Shown here in pieces: positions 14,161-27,790 of a DNA stretch of 64,000 nt. Origin of the DNA: Eledone cirrhosa (taxonomy: Eukaryota); NCBI GenBank assembly GCA_964016885.1, contig OZ024748.1, positions 22,754,001 through 22,818,000 on the forward strand, read 5' to 3'. Position 1 is the stretch's first letter. Every line of letters begins with the position of its first letter. A model generated the notes under the pieces. It saw only the letters and a program-made list of their open reading frames with translations. It was not told the origin of the DNA and made no database searches. Both the position numbers and the translations under genes were made by a program.

Positions 14161-14360
14161 TTTTTTATTCAGTCTGTCTATATATTTATTTATTTATTTG
14201 CTTGTTTGTTTATTTTATTTTGTCTTCTTTGCGCATGCGTTTGCGTGTGTGTATAGTGTACACTATACACACACGCAAACGCATGCGCAAAGAAGACAAA
14301 ATAAAATAAACAAACAAGCAAATAAATAAATAAATATATAGACAGACTGAATAAAAAATG
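14159..14360. repeat. 202-bp perfect palindrome, no spacer
   Basis: Centred on GTGT|ACAC at 14259/14260. The arms match base for base. Confidence 0.95.
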
Positions 14361-14423
14361 AATAAAATATATATATAAATCAATGATATTAATAAATGTA
14401 AACTATATTTATAAAACCATATT

Positions 14424-14484
14424 TATTCTATTATATATATTTCAAGGGTACCAAAACTTTCGCATGCTCTCATCAGATAAAATA
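14424..14484 (-). ncRNA. Hammerhead ribozyme (type I)
   Basis: TATTTTAT CTGATGA GAG...CCTT GAAA TATATA TA ATAGAATA. Stem I is 8 bp, stem III is palindromic (ATATATAT), and the site is AUA. Confidence 0.65.
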
Positions 14485-14648
14485 CAAAGTTTGTTTTATA
14501 AATATTGACATATCCAGGGAGGAGATCTTAACGGTTCAAGTTTTTACTGGATAGTAAAAGGAAAGAGGGGAAAGTTATAAACATAAGTTATAAACAGTTA
14601 TAAACATATATATTTGTTGAATTACCAACAAATTAAATATCCATTTTG

Positions 14649-14684
<36 letters not shown>

Positions 14685-14699
14685 TATATATATAAAAAA

Positions 14700-14892
14700 C
14701 ATGAGAAGAAAGAAGAATACTGCGTGGTTTGCACATGGGTTACATATGATAAAAATAGTCCTTCGGCAGTGATTTTCCAACCATCATTGGTATTTCATCG
14801 CATTAAAATCAGATACCTCAGGTTGGTGCGAGCAATAACTAAAAAAGTTATTGGGACCAGAATTCGCGTAAGGCGAGGGGGACAAGTAAACA

Positions 14893-14895
<3 letters not shown>
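14700..14895. mobile_element. Microsatellite-flanked dispersed repeat family D
   Basis: About 190 bp clearly homologous to 21805-21995 (GAAGAATACTGC...CATTGGTATTTCAT...GACAAGTAAACAACAC). Confidence 0.75.
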
Positions 14896-14979
<84 letters not shown>

Positions 14980-15244
14980 TTCGTCAATTGGTCCACTCTC
15001 AGTAGGTTGAATTTCTATCTATAGATAGCCACCACAATCTCAATTATAGCATTCTTATACATTCATTGTATTTTTCAGCCTATCCAATTCTTTGCATTAT
15101 CGTAATTCTTGACTATCTTCTTCCTTTCTTCCCATTCTATTCGTCTTATCTTAACTAATTAAATGTCCAAAATATTTTAGGTATCTTTCTTTGAAGGTAT
15201 CTAATAAAATATATTTAGTATTTGTTATGGTTAGTGTTTCGTCC

Positions 15245-15357
15245 TATCAAATGGTTCACAAACCTTTGAGATGTGGACATAGAGAAATATTTCGAGATTA
15301 TCATGGATAGAATACAAAACTATGTCCACATCTCAAAGATTTGTGAACTATTTGATA
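15245..15357. repeat. Inverted repeat, 38-bp arms
   Basis: 15245-15282 vs 15320-15357, 2 mismatches, 37-bp spacer. Confidence 0.9.
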
Positions 15358-15601
15358 ATATTTTAATATTTCTGTTAATGTCTAAAATCCGACTCCTTGT
15401 AATAGAGAGGATCTGTTAATGTCTAGGGACGGATTCTATATAATAGAAAGGGTAATTTTAAAGATTTTGAAACCAAAATTTCCTGGTTTTGAAGGTAATA
15501 TTTCCTGATATTTGTATACTAACATTTTTTCAAACCACTATTTAGTTATCTCAATTCTTCTTTAGATTTCTGTTTCCCATACCAAACTCCATATATTCCA
15601 G

Positions 15602-15649
<48 letters not shown>

Positions 15650-16011
15650 ATATATATATATATATTCCAGATATAACATCTTTGGCGTCTGTTCAATTGG
15701 CTTTCTCTCAATTATTATATTGTTGAGTGATTGTTGTTTGTTGTGGATTACCATTGATTTCTTTTGTGTTCTTTATATCCATTTCCATATCACAGGATAT
15801 TTCTTTGTTGATTACTGTACTTACAAGGCCCTGTTGGTCATCTCTATTGAAAGTTAACACAACAAATATCGTCCGCGTATCTTGATGTCCAAACAACTTA
15901 TTGGCTCTCCTCTTAGCAGGCGGTTATGTAAGCGACAAACGTAGAGAGAAATTAGCAAAGAGAATACGATAAAGCGATATGCAGCTGAGCAATTTAAGAA
16001 AAAAAAGAGCC

Positions 16012-16100
<89 letters not shown>

Positions 16101-16102
<2 letters not shown>

Positions 16103-16340
16103 CACGAAGGAAATGTGGTAAGGAACCAGGTGGACCATAACGCACCAAAGTACTCAATACTTAGGGTAGTAGAGTGGGTAATAGGAACCAGTAAGACCCC
16201 GACGGCTGAGCTCAAGCCGTTTCGACGGCTAATTCTGGACTAAATATATATATACATATATACATATATATATACACTATTTTTAGTCCAGAATTAGCCG
16301 TCGAAACGGCTTGAGCTCAGCCGTCGGGGTCTTACTGGTT

Positions 16341-16344
<4 letters not shown>
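16101..16344. mobile_element. TA-embedded element family A with inverted partial copy
   Basis: 16101-16244 plus an inverted copy of its end at 16282-16344. Near-identical to 48406-48600, 58300-58465 and 58735-58851. Contains a hammerhead 3' half (GAAA CGGC...GCCG TC). Confidence 0.85.
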
Positions 16345-16406
<62 letters not shown>

Positions 16407-16460
16407 TATATATATATATGTATATATATATGTACACACATATATATATGTATATGTATG

Positions 16461-16499
<39 letters not shown>

Positions 16500-16514
16500 G
16501 TATATATATATATG

Positions 16515-16604
<90 letters not shown>

Positions 16605-17045
16605 CATATGTATATATATATACATATGTTTATAGTTTTCTTGAAAATCCAAACGCATAAAGATGAACATAAAACAACATTAGATAACTTCACTGCGCCA
16701 CTCTTAGTGTTGAAGAAGATAATATATAACCATATGTACACACAGATACACACATACACACATACACACATACACACATACACACATATACACACATACA
16801 CACATATACACACATACACACAGATACACACATACACACATACACACATACACACATACACACATACACACATATACACACATACACACATATACACACA
16901 TATTTCCCAAGAGTTGAAACATTACACAGCCGCCATTAACGTTCTCAAAAAAGAAAGAAAAAAATACGAAGACAAAGAAAAATGAAGCTCACCGACTATT
17001 ATTATGTAGGGATGCTTAGTGTTTCCTCAGACAAATTCAAACATT

Positions 17046-17530
17046 GGGTGGAAAGGTGGTGGAAAGGCGGTGGAAAGGCGGTGGAAAGGTGGTGGAAAGC
17101 GTGAGAAAGGCGGTAGAATGGTGGTGGAAAGGTGGTGAAAAGCGTGAGAAAGGCGGTAGAATGGTGGTGGAAAGGTGGTGAAAAGCGTGAGAAAGGCGGT
17201 AGAAAGGTGGTGGAAAGGTGGTGGAAAGCGTGAGAAAGGCGGTAGAAAGGCGGTGGAAAGGTGGTGGAAAACGTGAGAAAGGCGGTAGAAAGGTGGTGGA
17301 AAGGTGGTGGAAAGCGTGAGAAAGGCGGTAGAAAGGTGGTGGAAAGGTGGTGGAAAGCGTGAGAAAGGCGGTAGAAAGGTGGCGGAAAGGTGGTGGAAAG
17401 CGTGAGAAAGGCGGTAGAAAGGTGGCGGAAAGGTGGTGGAAAGCGTGAGAAAGGCGGTAGAAAGGTGGCGGAAAGGTGGTGGAAAGCGTGAGAAAGGCGG
17501 TAGAAAGGTGGTGGAAAGCGTGAGAAAGGC
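17046..17530. repeat. 43-bp G-rich minisatellite (about 11 units)
   Basis: Unit GCGTGAGAAAGGCGGTAGAAAGGTGGTGGAAAGGTGGTGGAAA, built from roughly 11-bp subunits. Confidence 0.95.
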
Positions 17531-18545
17531 GTGGTCGCCGTTTGTGAGACATGCTTTTCCACAGCTCATCTCTTTCACTGTCTTGGTTTAAGAAGAGACC
17601 GAAACTGGGCGCCTGGCATCTGGAATGTTGCCAGGCACTTACTGCCCTCTGCCAGGAGGGAAATGCGGTCAGTGGAATTTCCACTCTCGAATTCTAAAGA
17701 GGATTAGTGATGGGCAATGCGACGATGCACTCGGAGAGGCTCTGAGCGTCGACGAAGTCAAACTGACCAGTCTGTTGCAGAGGGCCTTCGAGCCGGGGGC
17801 TATGGACAATTTCCAGAAATCCCTTGCTTGGCAGTGCATCATAAGCTCTTCAGTGCGAGATAAGTTCTACAGGCACAGAAATGCTGTCAGATGGACCTGC
17901 CCGAGATGGACCTGCGCGTGTGCATTACTAACTTAGAGTTAGTAGAGTTACGTCGAACAGCTGTTGTCGCGTGTAGAACGAATCCGGCTATCGACCGAGT
18001 CCATAATGAAGATCGTCTCGCCGCCTTCTTTTGGCCGAGAAAGGCAGGCAATTTTCCTCTGTGTGGTGGCGGTAGGAAAGAGGTTGTGTGGTGGACTAGG
18101 TTGAAAGGACTGAAGGCAGACACTTTTCTCTTCAGCGAATCCCTTATCGACTTTGTCAAGTTTCACTTGGAAAGGAAGGTGGGGATGGAGAGAGAAGTGC
18201 AGTTCATCCACTAAAAGGTGGGTGAATGTGACAAGAATGGCCCATGTGAATGGGCTTACTCTGAGCATGCGGCTGTAGGCTGGTTAATTTGAGGGGGAGA
18301 AGGGTGTCCTTCTCTGGTGTCCTCGAAGCGTCGAGTGTTACAGGATTAGTGGGGTACTCTGGGTGGTTCACCTTCCTATTAGGGAATTTATTTTGTTATA
18401 TTTTTATATATTTGTTTTTATATTTTTTCATTGTTAATTGTTTTTGTTACTGTGTATTTTTACTCAATTTTATTGTAAACCCCCACTGTCCCTGTCTTTG
18501 TATTGTCCCCTATATGTCGGCCCTTGTGACCAATAAATGAAATCA
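17520..18545 (+). mobile_element. 5'-truncated L1/Tx1-like LINE (ORF2 C-terminus and 3' UTR, decayed)
   Basis: EKAWSPFVRHAFPQLIS aligns with QPVWALFVRRAFP*LIS at 63840-63890. Also NFQKSLAWQC, a TCPR zinc-knuckle remnant, VWWTRLKGL and an AATAAA 3' end. Confidence 0.85.
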
Positions 18546-18556
18546 TTATCATTATT

Positions 18557-18745
18557 AGGGTGGTGGATTGGCAGTATCGGTAGAGCGTCGGACGCCATGC
18601 TTTCCAGCATAGTTACGTCCCTTTACCATCTGAGTTCAAATCCCGCCGAGGTTGACTTTGCCTTTCATCCTTACGGGGTCGATAAAATAAAGTACCAGTA
18701 ATGCACTGGTAATTGCTGGCCTTGTGCCTAAAGTAGAAACAATTA
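18557..18745 (+). mobile_element. SINE S1, full-length
   Basis: GGTGGATTGGCAGTATCGGTAGAG head, GAGTTCAAATCC B-box, GCCTTTCATCCTTACGGGGTCGATAAAATAAAGTACCAG core. Confidence 0.92.
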
Positions 18746-19640
18746 TTATTTTATTTATTGTCTAAGCATTTCACGAGAAGGGAGATTCTATATGCATTCA
18801 ATTGAAAATTATGAATTGGATACTGTGCATGTCGGCCATGACAATTGCGATGTAGTGTCTGAGATGGAAACAACGAGAAAGCGCCATGTTGTTCGGTACC
18901 AGCGTCCTTGTGTCTTTAGAAGCATTCTGCTTGGTTTGACAGCTTTTAACAATCAACTTTATTACAATTCTATTTTATTTCAGCTTATCTTTTGTCTTTC
19001 TATTTATCTATCCGCCTGCCAGTCTATTCATCAGTTATTTCGCTTTGATTTAACCGTTGTCGTCTGCATTTTCCCCCTTTTTTCTTTTCTCTCTCTCCCC
19101 TTCAATATGTCGATTCAAATTATTCTTTACTCACCCGTTGTCTTCCTAAGCAGTCCAACAACTTCACAAAATGGCTTCCTTTTTGTCTTGTTTCGCATCA
19201 CATCATTTCACCACACTTTATTTTAATTTCTTGTCTTTTGATATCGGCTTTCACATGAATTCCCCGCCGCACAACGACTCCAGAAATATTGCCTCCAGAC
19301 AAAAAACTGACTAGAAACCGCAAACACTTCAATAAACTTGACCTTGTTACTATTGATTTTTCAGCAAAGCAGACGATAACTACATTTGTTCTATGATAAT
19401 GTTGATTCTAGTTTCACTGTATTGGCAATAACCAGGGATCGGTTATTCCGTCCACATGTTTGTTTGCTTTGCATTATTTCTATGTAAATATTTCTCTAAA
19501 TGTTGTCTGGGGAAAACTTGACGAGACTCCATCAATATCCACAACAAAGGTAAATATAAAAAAAAGCAAAAGAAAATGATAACAACACAGATAATAGAAT
19601 TTAGCAAGAAAAAATATATTTGAAATATATTTGAAACACT

Positions 19641-19745
<105 letters not shown>

Positions 19746-20972
19746 CTCTCTCTCTCTCTCTCTTTCTATCATATATATATTTTTGCACACATACACAGCG
19801 AAATAGTTGAGCGTTTGCAAGTATCATTTTGTATACAGAATGATACTTGCAATCGTAAAGAAGTAGAAAAGAAAGAAGTAGTAGAAGTAGACAAGAAAGA
19901 AGTAGAAGAAGTAGAAAAGAAAGAAGTAGAAGAAGTAGAAAAGAAAGAAGTAGAAAGAAGTAGAAAAGAACTCGACACTTGGAGTCGAGTAAATATTTAA
20001 AATGTTAGTTATATTTCTAAATAACATCATCCCGTTGCTCAGATTCTTATGTCCATATCCACGGTCAATCTGGTTGGTAGAGCAAATACCTCTCCAGGCG
20101 TTTGTGGTTCGGTGTTTGTTGACATCCGGCTTTCTTACGGATGGGACGGTGTTCTTCCAGGATTTTGGTAGTTCACTCGTTTTTATGTAATCTGGTTCAA
20201 AACTGTTAAAATTAACAAGGCGGTAATTGTTTTTGTATCAACATTTAGAGCGTTGTTTTGGTTCTCATTGCAGGGGCAGCAATATTTTGCGCGAGGGGTG
20301 ACATGTTTCTGAAGTTTAGTAAAACCGCCATCTTTTAAATCTCATATATGGCTTTACAATCCAGTGATGTCTGTAATATTTCTTTTGTGTACGTTTCTAG
20401 AGGAAGACCTGTCAACTATCACCGTCCGACGGAGAGATCTCGTACCCACTTTCAGGCGGGTGAGAGATATCTTTCCTTGTGAAAATGGGTATAGCTTTCA
20501 TGATGCAAAATCTCCCTATTTTGCCTCATTTGTGACACTTTTCCTCATGGTACTCCCCGTTTGGGCTTTTAGAGGTTGGCAGGTCCGCTAAAAGTGGATT
20601 CATCGTTTAAGTTCTTGAAATTCTCCAAGTATATTCTGATATATGTTGTAACGACTTTTGTGTCTCCAATAAAATAAGGTCTGACAATTATAGATATTTC
20701 CTTATTATCCAGATTAAAGAAATACTACTGATAAATGACTATAGAATTGTTTTTCCAGATTGGGATTATAAGGTGGCTTGGGACTCTCACAATGCTCCCC
20801 ATATACAACTATAACTTACTTTTGAATTTTGATGGTTAAACAATTTGTAATATTTGTGTATTGCGAGAAAATGTTTCTGAAACAGGGTCAGAAAATTCTT
20901 GACAACATTGGATTTCACATTGAGGCATTATATGAGTTATACACACACACATACACACGCACACACACATAC

Positions 20973-21018
<46 letters not shown>

Positions 21019-21122
21019 CTCTAGGGTTCGTATATGTTTGATATATATTTATCCTTATGGAGCCCTCTTTGGATTTTAGTCTTCACATTTATGATTATTA
21101 CTATATATATATATATATATAT

Positions 21123-21420
21123 AGTTATGCTTTGGGAGGGTCATGTTGCCAATAAGAAACACACGCACCAGTTGTTTCACTCCAATTTATTATAAATTAA
21201 ATTTATAAATTTAAGAATTTATAAATTTCCGGCTGGTTGGTTGGTTCCATAAACGGACGGTTGTTCATATATTGTCAAAGTTCTTTCGTCACACATTCTG
21301 TGACCTCTTCAGTGACTGGGGATTCTTTTCTTAGTTTTTGTTTTTGTGCCTCTCCCTTGTTCACACAGAACACGTTTTCAGATAAAGAATCTTGCTAAAC
21401 AAATTCAGAAACGAAATATA
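21123..21420 (-). mobile_element. TA-flanked element family C
   Basis: Homologous to 13870-14160 and bounded by (TA)n on both sides. Confidence 0.6.
21274..21316 (-). ncRNA. Hammerhead ribozyme (type I, minimal)
   Basis: GTCA CTGAAGA G GTCACA GAATG TGTGAC GAAA GAAC TT TGAC. Stem I is GTCA/TGAC, stem II is 6 bp, stem III is 2 bp, and the site is CUU. Confidence 0.7.
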
Positions 21421-21529
21421 TATATATATATATATCCTTGAACGATTGACTTTCGTCAAATCGGACCGAGGGAACAATGTTTCCGTTGGTCTTTCCAATT
21501 GCTAATACTATCTATCGGTCGTAACTCCA

Positions 21530-21653
21530 GGTAGAAGGAGCAACGTGAAATAAAGTGTCTTGCTCAAGGACATAACGCATCGCCTGGTCCAGGAATCGAA
21601 CTCACAACCTTACGATTGCGAATCCAATTCTCTAACCACTCAGCCACACGCCT
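21530..21653 (-). mobile_element. tRNA-derived SINE family S3
   Basis: Minus strand GGCGTGTGGCTGAGTGGTTAGAG (A-box) ... GAGTTCGATTCC (B-box) ... CCTTGAGCAAGACACTTTATTTCAC. Confidence 0.8.
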
Positions 21654-21669
21654 TCATTCACACGCACAC

Positions 21670-21793
<124 letters not shown>

Positions 21794-21804
21794 GAAAAAT
21801 ATGG

Positions 21805-21995
21805 GGAGAAGAATACTGCATGGTTGCACATGGATAACATGTTATAAAATGAGTCCCTCATCAGTGATTTGCCAACGGTCATTGGTATTTCATTGCATTA
21901 AAAATCATATACCTCACGTTGGTGCAATAATAACTAAAATAAGTTATTAGGACAATTAAAACGCGTAAAGCGAGTGAGACAAGTAAACAACACAG
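21805..21995. mobile_element. Dispersed repeat family D
   Basis: Second copy of 14700-14895. Confidence 0.75.
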
Positions 21996-22281
21996 GGGAA
22001 AGCTAACCGAAGATAGGAAGAAACACAAGCTACATAGTTATTCTATCAGTATAAGCTGGGTGAATATATGAGCGAGTAAGAAATAGACCTTTCGCGATGA
22101 ATCCGATGTAAGAAAGAAGGAAAATCGTTTTCGTAGCGAACGGGGGGAAGTGAGAAGGGGAGAAACAGTGAGTGAGTGAGTGGAAGTGTGAGGAAGAGGT
22201 CAGTAGAGAGAAAGTGTTAACTGACATGACAGAGGGGGCGAAAGAAAGTAAGAGAAACAGAGAGAACGAGGGAGCAGTAAG

Positions 22282-22327
<46 letters not shown>

Positions 22328-22755
22328 CACAAACATTTTGTTTTCAACAGTAACTATACACAAACACATACACACGTATATAGGCGTACACAGACACACA
22401 TACATATATATCCATATATACTGGGGAACATATGTTGGTAAACATAGAACGAGAAAAACAAATACAGTATAAAATGGCTGAGAAAATGAATCCGAGGTAA
22501 GATATTATAAAAGAACAACAAAACAATGTATTATTCCAACTGTTTAAAAAAAGAAGATAAAGCGAAAGAGGCTTAAATTGGTGGGGAAGGGGAGATAAGT
22601 CACTGATATTATCTAATACTGAGAAATGTTCCAATACGTGCATACATATATATATGTACGATGGGCGGGTGAAGGGGGCGTGGACGAGGGAGGAGGTGTA
22701 ATCTCTCTGGGTGAAATGGCTGACCATTTGTGTGTATATATATATTTATATATAT

Positions 22756-22786
<31 letters not shown>

Positions 22787-23009
22787 CATGTGTGTGTGTG
22801 CGTGTGCGTGGTTACACGTGCACACACACACACGCACACACACATACACACACACAGACGTGTGCGCGCGCATGTGAGTATGTATGTGTATCTGAATGAA
22901 TATGCATTAGTAATAATGTATAAAATGTATGTATCTGGGTTAAATAGACGAATGAAGTTAGACTTCTGTACAGCTGCGTTGCAGTTCAACAGCGGTCTCA
23001 CTGTGATAG

Positions 23010-23043
23010 CTGTGTGTGTGTGTCAGAGAGAGAGAGAGAGAGG

Positions 23044-23081
<38 letters not shown>

Positions 23082-23107
23082 GGGGGGGGAGAGAGAGAGA
23101 GAGAGGG

Positions 23108-23141
<34 letters not shown>

Positions 23142-23247
23142 TAGAGCGGGAGAGAGAAAGAGAGATAGAGCGGGAGAGAGAGAGAGAGAGAGTGTGTGTG
23201 TGTGTGAGAGAGAAAGAGAGGGAGGAAGAGATAGAGAGAGATAGAGC

Positions 23248-23281
<34 letters not shown>

Positions 23282-23384
23282 TAGAGCGGGAGAGAGAGAG
23301 AGTGTGTGTGTGTGTGAGAGAGAGGGAGGGAGAGATAGAGAGAGATAGAGAGGGAGAGAGAGAGAGAGAGAGGGGAGAGAGAGA

Positions 23385-23462
<78 letters not shown>

Positions 23463-23592
23463 AGATAGAGCAGGAGAGAGAGAGAGAGAGAGTGTGTGTG
23501 TGTGTGAGAGAGAGAGAGAGGGAGGAAGAGATAGAGAGAGATAGAGAGGGAGAGAGAGAGAGAGAGTGTGTGTGAGAGAGAGAGAGAGAGAG
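23010..23592. repeat. (GA)n compound microsatellite with higher-order duplication
   Basis: Recurrent GATAGAGCGG and GT blocks within a GA tract. Confidence 0.95.
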
Positions 23593-23941
23593 CTAACAAA
23601 CAATAGAAATCAAGTGGTGCATGTATTGACAAATTCTAGACGATACTGACAGACTGGCAGACAGACATTGAGGTAAACTTAATTGATAATTAGATTAATG
23701 TGGAGGTAGATCGACAGCTCTACAGTTATATCAATAGATATATAGATACACACATACAGGTACACACACACATGTATATATGTGTGTGTGTCTGCATGCA
23801 TGTATATATATATATATATATATATATACATGCATGCAGACACACACATATATATATATATGTGTCTGCATGCATGTATATATATATATATACATACATG
23901 CATGCAGACACACACATATATATATATATGTGTCTGCATGC

Positions 23942-23982
<41 letters not shown>

Positions 23983-24197
23983 TACATATATGTATGTAAA
24001 AGGCACACACGCACACACACACATATATATATAATAGATATATGTTTATATATATATATACATGCACTCACACTCACACAGACATGCACGCATACAGACA
24101 CACGCACACACACGCATGCATACACATATATATGCATGCATATGTATACACACACAGATATATATACTTATATATACACACACAACTATATACCGTT

Positions 24198-24407
<210 letters not shown>

Positions 24408-24509
24408 TAAAATAACAGATTAAAGTTTAAGCAAAGAATCGCTGCTTTCACCCTTAACGGGATCTAAGGTTCTTATATTTTTGATATATATTTATCCTTA
24501 TCGAGCCTG

Positions 24510-24903
24510 ACGATGGTTGGTCAGAAATGAAACACTGCCCAAAGCCGAGGTTTCACCAAAAGATGGTTGTGGTGATTGTTTGGTGGTCCACAGCCGGATG
24601 AATCCACTTCAGCTCTCTGAATAATGGCGAAACAATCACAGCATAAAATTATTGTAACGAAATCGAGTAAATATATCAAAAATTGCAGCGTATGTGTCCA
24701 ACATTGGTAAATAGAAAATGTCCAATTCTCTTACATGACAGCACTTGACCACACGTCACAAACAACGTTCCAGAAGTTGAATGAATTAAGCTACGAAACT
24801 TTGTTATATCCAGCAAACTCACCAGATCTTTCACTAATTGACTGCCATTTCTTGAAGCATTTCAACAATTTCTTGCAAAGAAAAGTCTTCAACAACCAAA
24901 CAG
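24510..24903 (+). pseudogene. Mariner transposase relic (catalytic region)
   Basis: Frames give PKPRFHQKMVVVIVWWSTAG..H..LNNGETITA..Y, LVNRKCPILLHD and QKLNELSYETLLYPANSPDLSLIDCHFLKHFNNFLQRKVFNNQ (YSPDL-like motif). Stops and frameshifts are present. Confidence 0.92.
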
Positions 24904-25237
24904 CTGGCATACATGGGCGGCTGCTAGTCTTCTACAAACAACCTTGTCCGGTGGGGAACTTTCTAGATACAAATCCTATGGTCATTTGTGACCGAAAGGG
25001 TCTTTACTCTTTATATATACATACATAATACTAACTGCTCCATCATTGTTGAGCTGATTCAGATGGATTTGGCTGCTATTTCCAGCGCCAATATAAGCCC
25101 GTCGCATCGTCTTAATACATTAAGTGGGTTATATTTATATACTAATTCAGTGATACAACATGTTCACCATGGGGTCTGGCAACGATATAGTATGTATGAT
25201 ATGTATTCAACTCGTCTCCTTATTCCTAAGTAAGAAT

Positions 25238-25340
25238 TTCCCTCCTGATGAAGGAACTGAAATTCTCCTAATTTTGGTTATACCAATGTCTTGGAAAGAT
25301 TAATATTGGTTCTTGAGTTTCAGAAACCATGGTCGGAGAA
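25238..25340 (+). ncRNA. Hammerhead ribozyme motif with long stem II
   Basis: CTGATGA at 25245. Stem II is TGAAATTC/GAGTTTCA with inner ACCAATGT/ATATTGGT, followed by GAAA CCATGG TC (palindromic stem III, GUC). Stem I is weak. Confidence 0.6.
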
Positions 25341-25490
25341 CTGTATTAGTAAAGACCGATTTATTTTAGCCGCTCCAACTTATATCACCACAAATTGACA
25401 TTTTGACTGAAATTTAATATATTCTATTACTTCTCTCAGTAGATAGTTTACCAATATATCTTTCATTGAGACGTCTATGCTTTAGAGACA

Positions 25491-25571
<81 letters not shown>

Positions 25572-25784
25572 ATATAATGTATTTTGCAATACACTTTATG
25601 CTTAATTAAAAGCATTTTGAAGACCGTAAGCTATTGTTTTAAAGTACTGACAAATTCACTTACTTTGATCTCAGCAAACAGGGGAGATAAGCCGACAAGA
25701 CTTGTTTCGCTTTGGTTGAAGCTTATCAAGGCCAACTACCCCTCCTGTCTACCGAGATGGTCCTGATGGTCCTTCATGGCAACC

Positions 25785-25894
<110 letters not shown>

Positions 25895-25948
25895 TCACAC
25901 ACACACACACACACTAACATACAAATGTACACACTTCATGGTGGCCTT

Positions 25949-25981
<33 letters not shown>

Positions 25982-26234
25982 CACTTCACAACGACCTTAC
26001 ACATACAGAATTGCTACTGTTGCATTACACACATACAAATACATATAAACATACATGCACATACATACACTTACGTATACATGCACATACATACACTTAC
26101 GTATACATGCATACACACACACATATAAACAAAGACACAGACACACACACATATATACACACACTCCAGCACACATTCATGAATACACATACACACACAC
26201 AGATACGTACACACAAAACATAAATACCCAACAC

Positions 26235-26857
26235 AACCACGACCATCACCACCACCGCCACCACCACCACCACTGCCACCATCACCACGACCATCACCAT
26301 CACCATCACCACCACCGCCACCACCACTGCCACCATCACCACGACCATCACCATCATCATCACCACCACCGCCACCGCCACCACCACTGCCACCATCACC
26401 ACGACCATCACCATCATCATCACCACCACCGCCACCACCACCACCACTGCCACCATCACCATCACCACCACCGCCACCACGACCACCACCATCACCACCA
26501 CCACCGCCACCACCACCACTGCCACCATCACCACGACCACCACCATCACCACCACCGCCACCACCACCACCACTGCCACCATCACCATCACCACCACCGC
26601 CACCACGACCACCACCATCACCACCACCACCGCCACCACCACCACTGCCACCATCACCACGACCATCACCATCACCATCACCGCCACCGCCACCACCACC
26701 ACCACTGCCACCATCACCACGACCATCACCATCACCATCACCACCACCGCCACCACCACCACTACTGCCACCATCACCACGACCATCACCATCACGACGA
26801 CGACGACGACGACTACCACCACCACCACCATCACCACCACCACCAACAACAACAACG
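26235..26857. repeat. (CAC)n-based compound repeat
   Basis: CAC/CAT/CGC/TGC/GAC triplets in repeating blocks. Source of the poly-His/Gly/Val ORFs. Confidence 0.97.
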
Positions 26858-27096
26858 ATATTACTCTCTATTCTAGCACATTTAACATACAATCCCTCAG
26901 CTCCTCCGCCTCTTCACCCCCTCCTCCCCCCTCCCCCCACTCTAAGCTTTATCTCTCACTATATCACCATAATCACGTGTTCCCTATGTGTTGAATACAT
27001 TATCTTCTGAATCCAACGAAGCCATCGAAGTCGATGCCGAGCCCTACAACCGCAAATACACACATACATATTCATACATACAGACCTATACGCAAA

Positions 27097-27128
<32 letters not shown>

Positions 27129-27182
27129 GCATGTATATATATATATACCTATAAATACATACATATAAATATGTACACCAAC

Positions 27183-27254
<72 letters not shown>

Positions 27255-27259
27255 ATATA

Positions 27260-27462
<203 letters not shown>

Positions 27463-27563
27463 GTGCATACAAACAAACTTCTACACATATACATTGAAAC
27501 GCAAATATATGCATGCACATATATACATATGAACAAGTATGTGTGTGTGTGTATATATATATA

Positions 27564-27600
<37 letters not shown>

Positions 27601-27728
27601 CTCACATGTGCATATATATATTTGCTCACATTATTATCTGATATATATATACATAAATACATAAAAATACATATACCTATATAATGATATGCATATATAC
27701 ATATATAAATATATACACGTATATATGC

Positions 27729-27790
<62 letters not shown>

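Noticed and set aside
21590-21653. tRNA gene
   Set aside because: A/B boxes continue into a SINE body shared with 36345-36450, and there is no complete cloverleaf.
25696-25733. TTGATAA-GCTT/AAGC-GAAACAAGTC on the minus strand
   Set aside because: Two core substitutions and no stem I.
26055-26892. His-rich and Gly-rich 273-aa ORFs
   Set aside because: Products of the (CAC)n compound repeat contiguous with a CA microsatellite.
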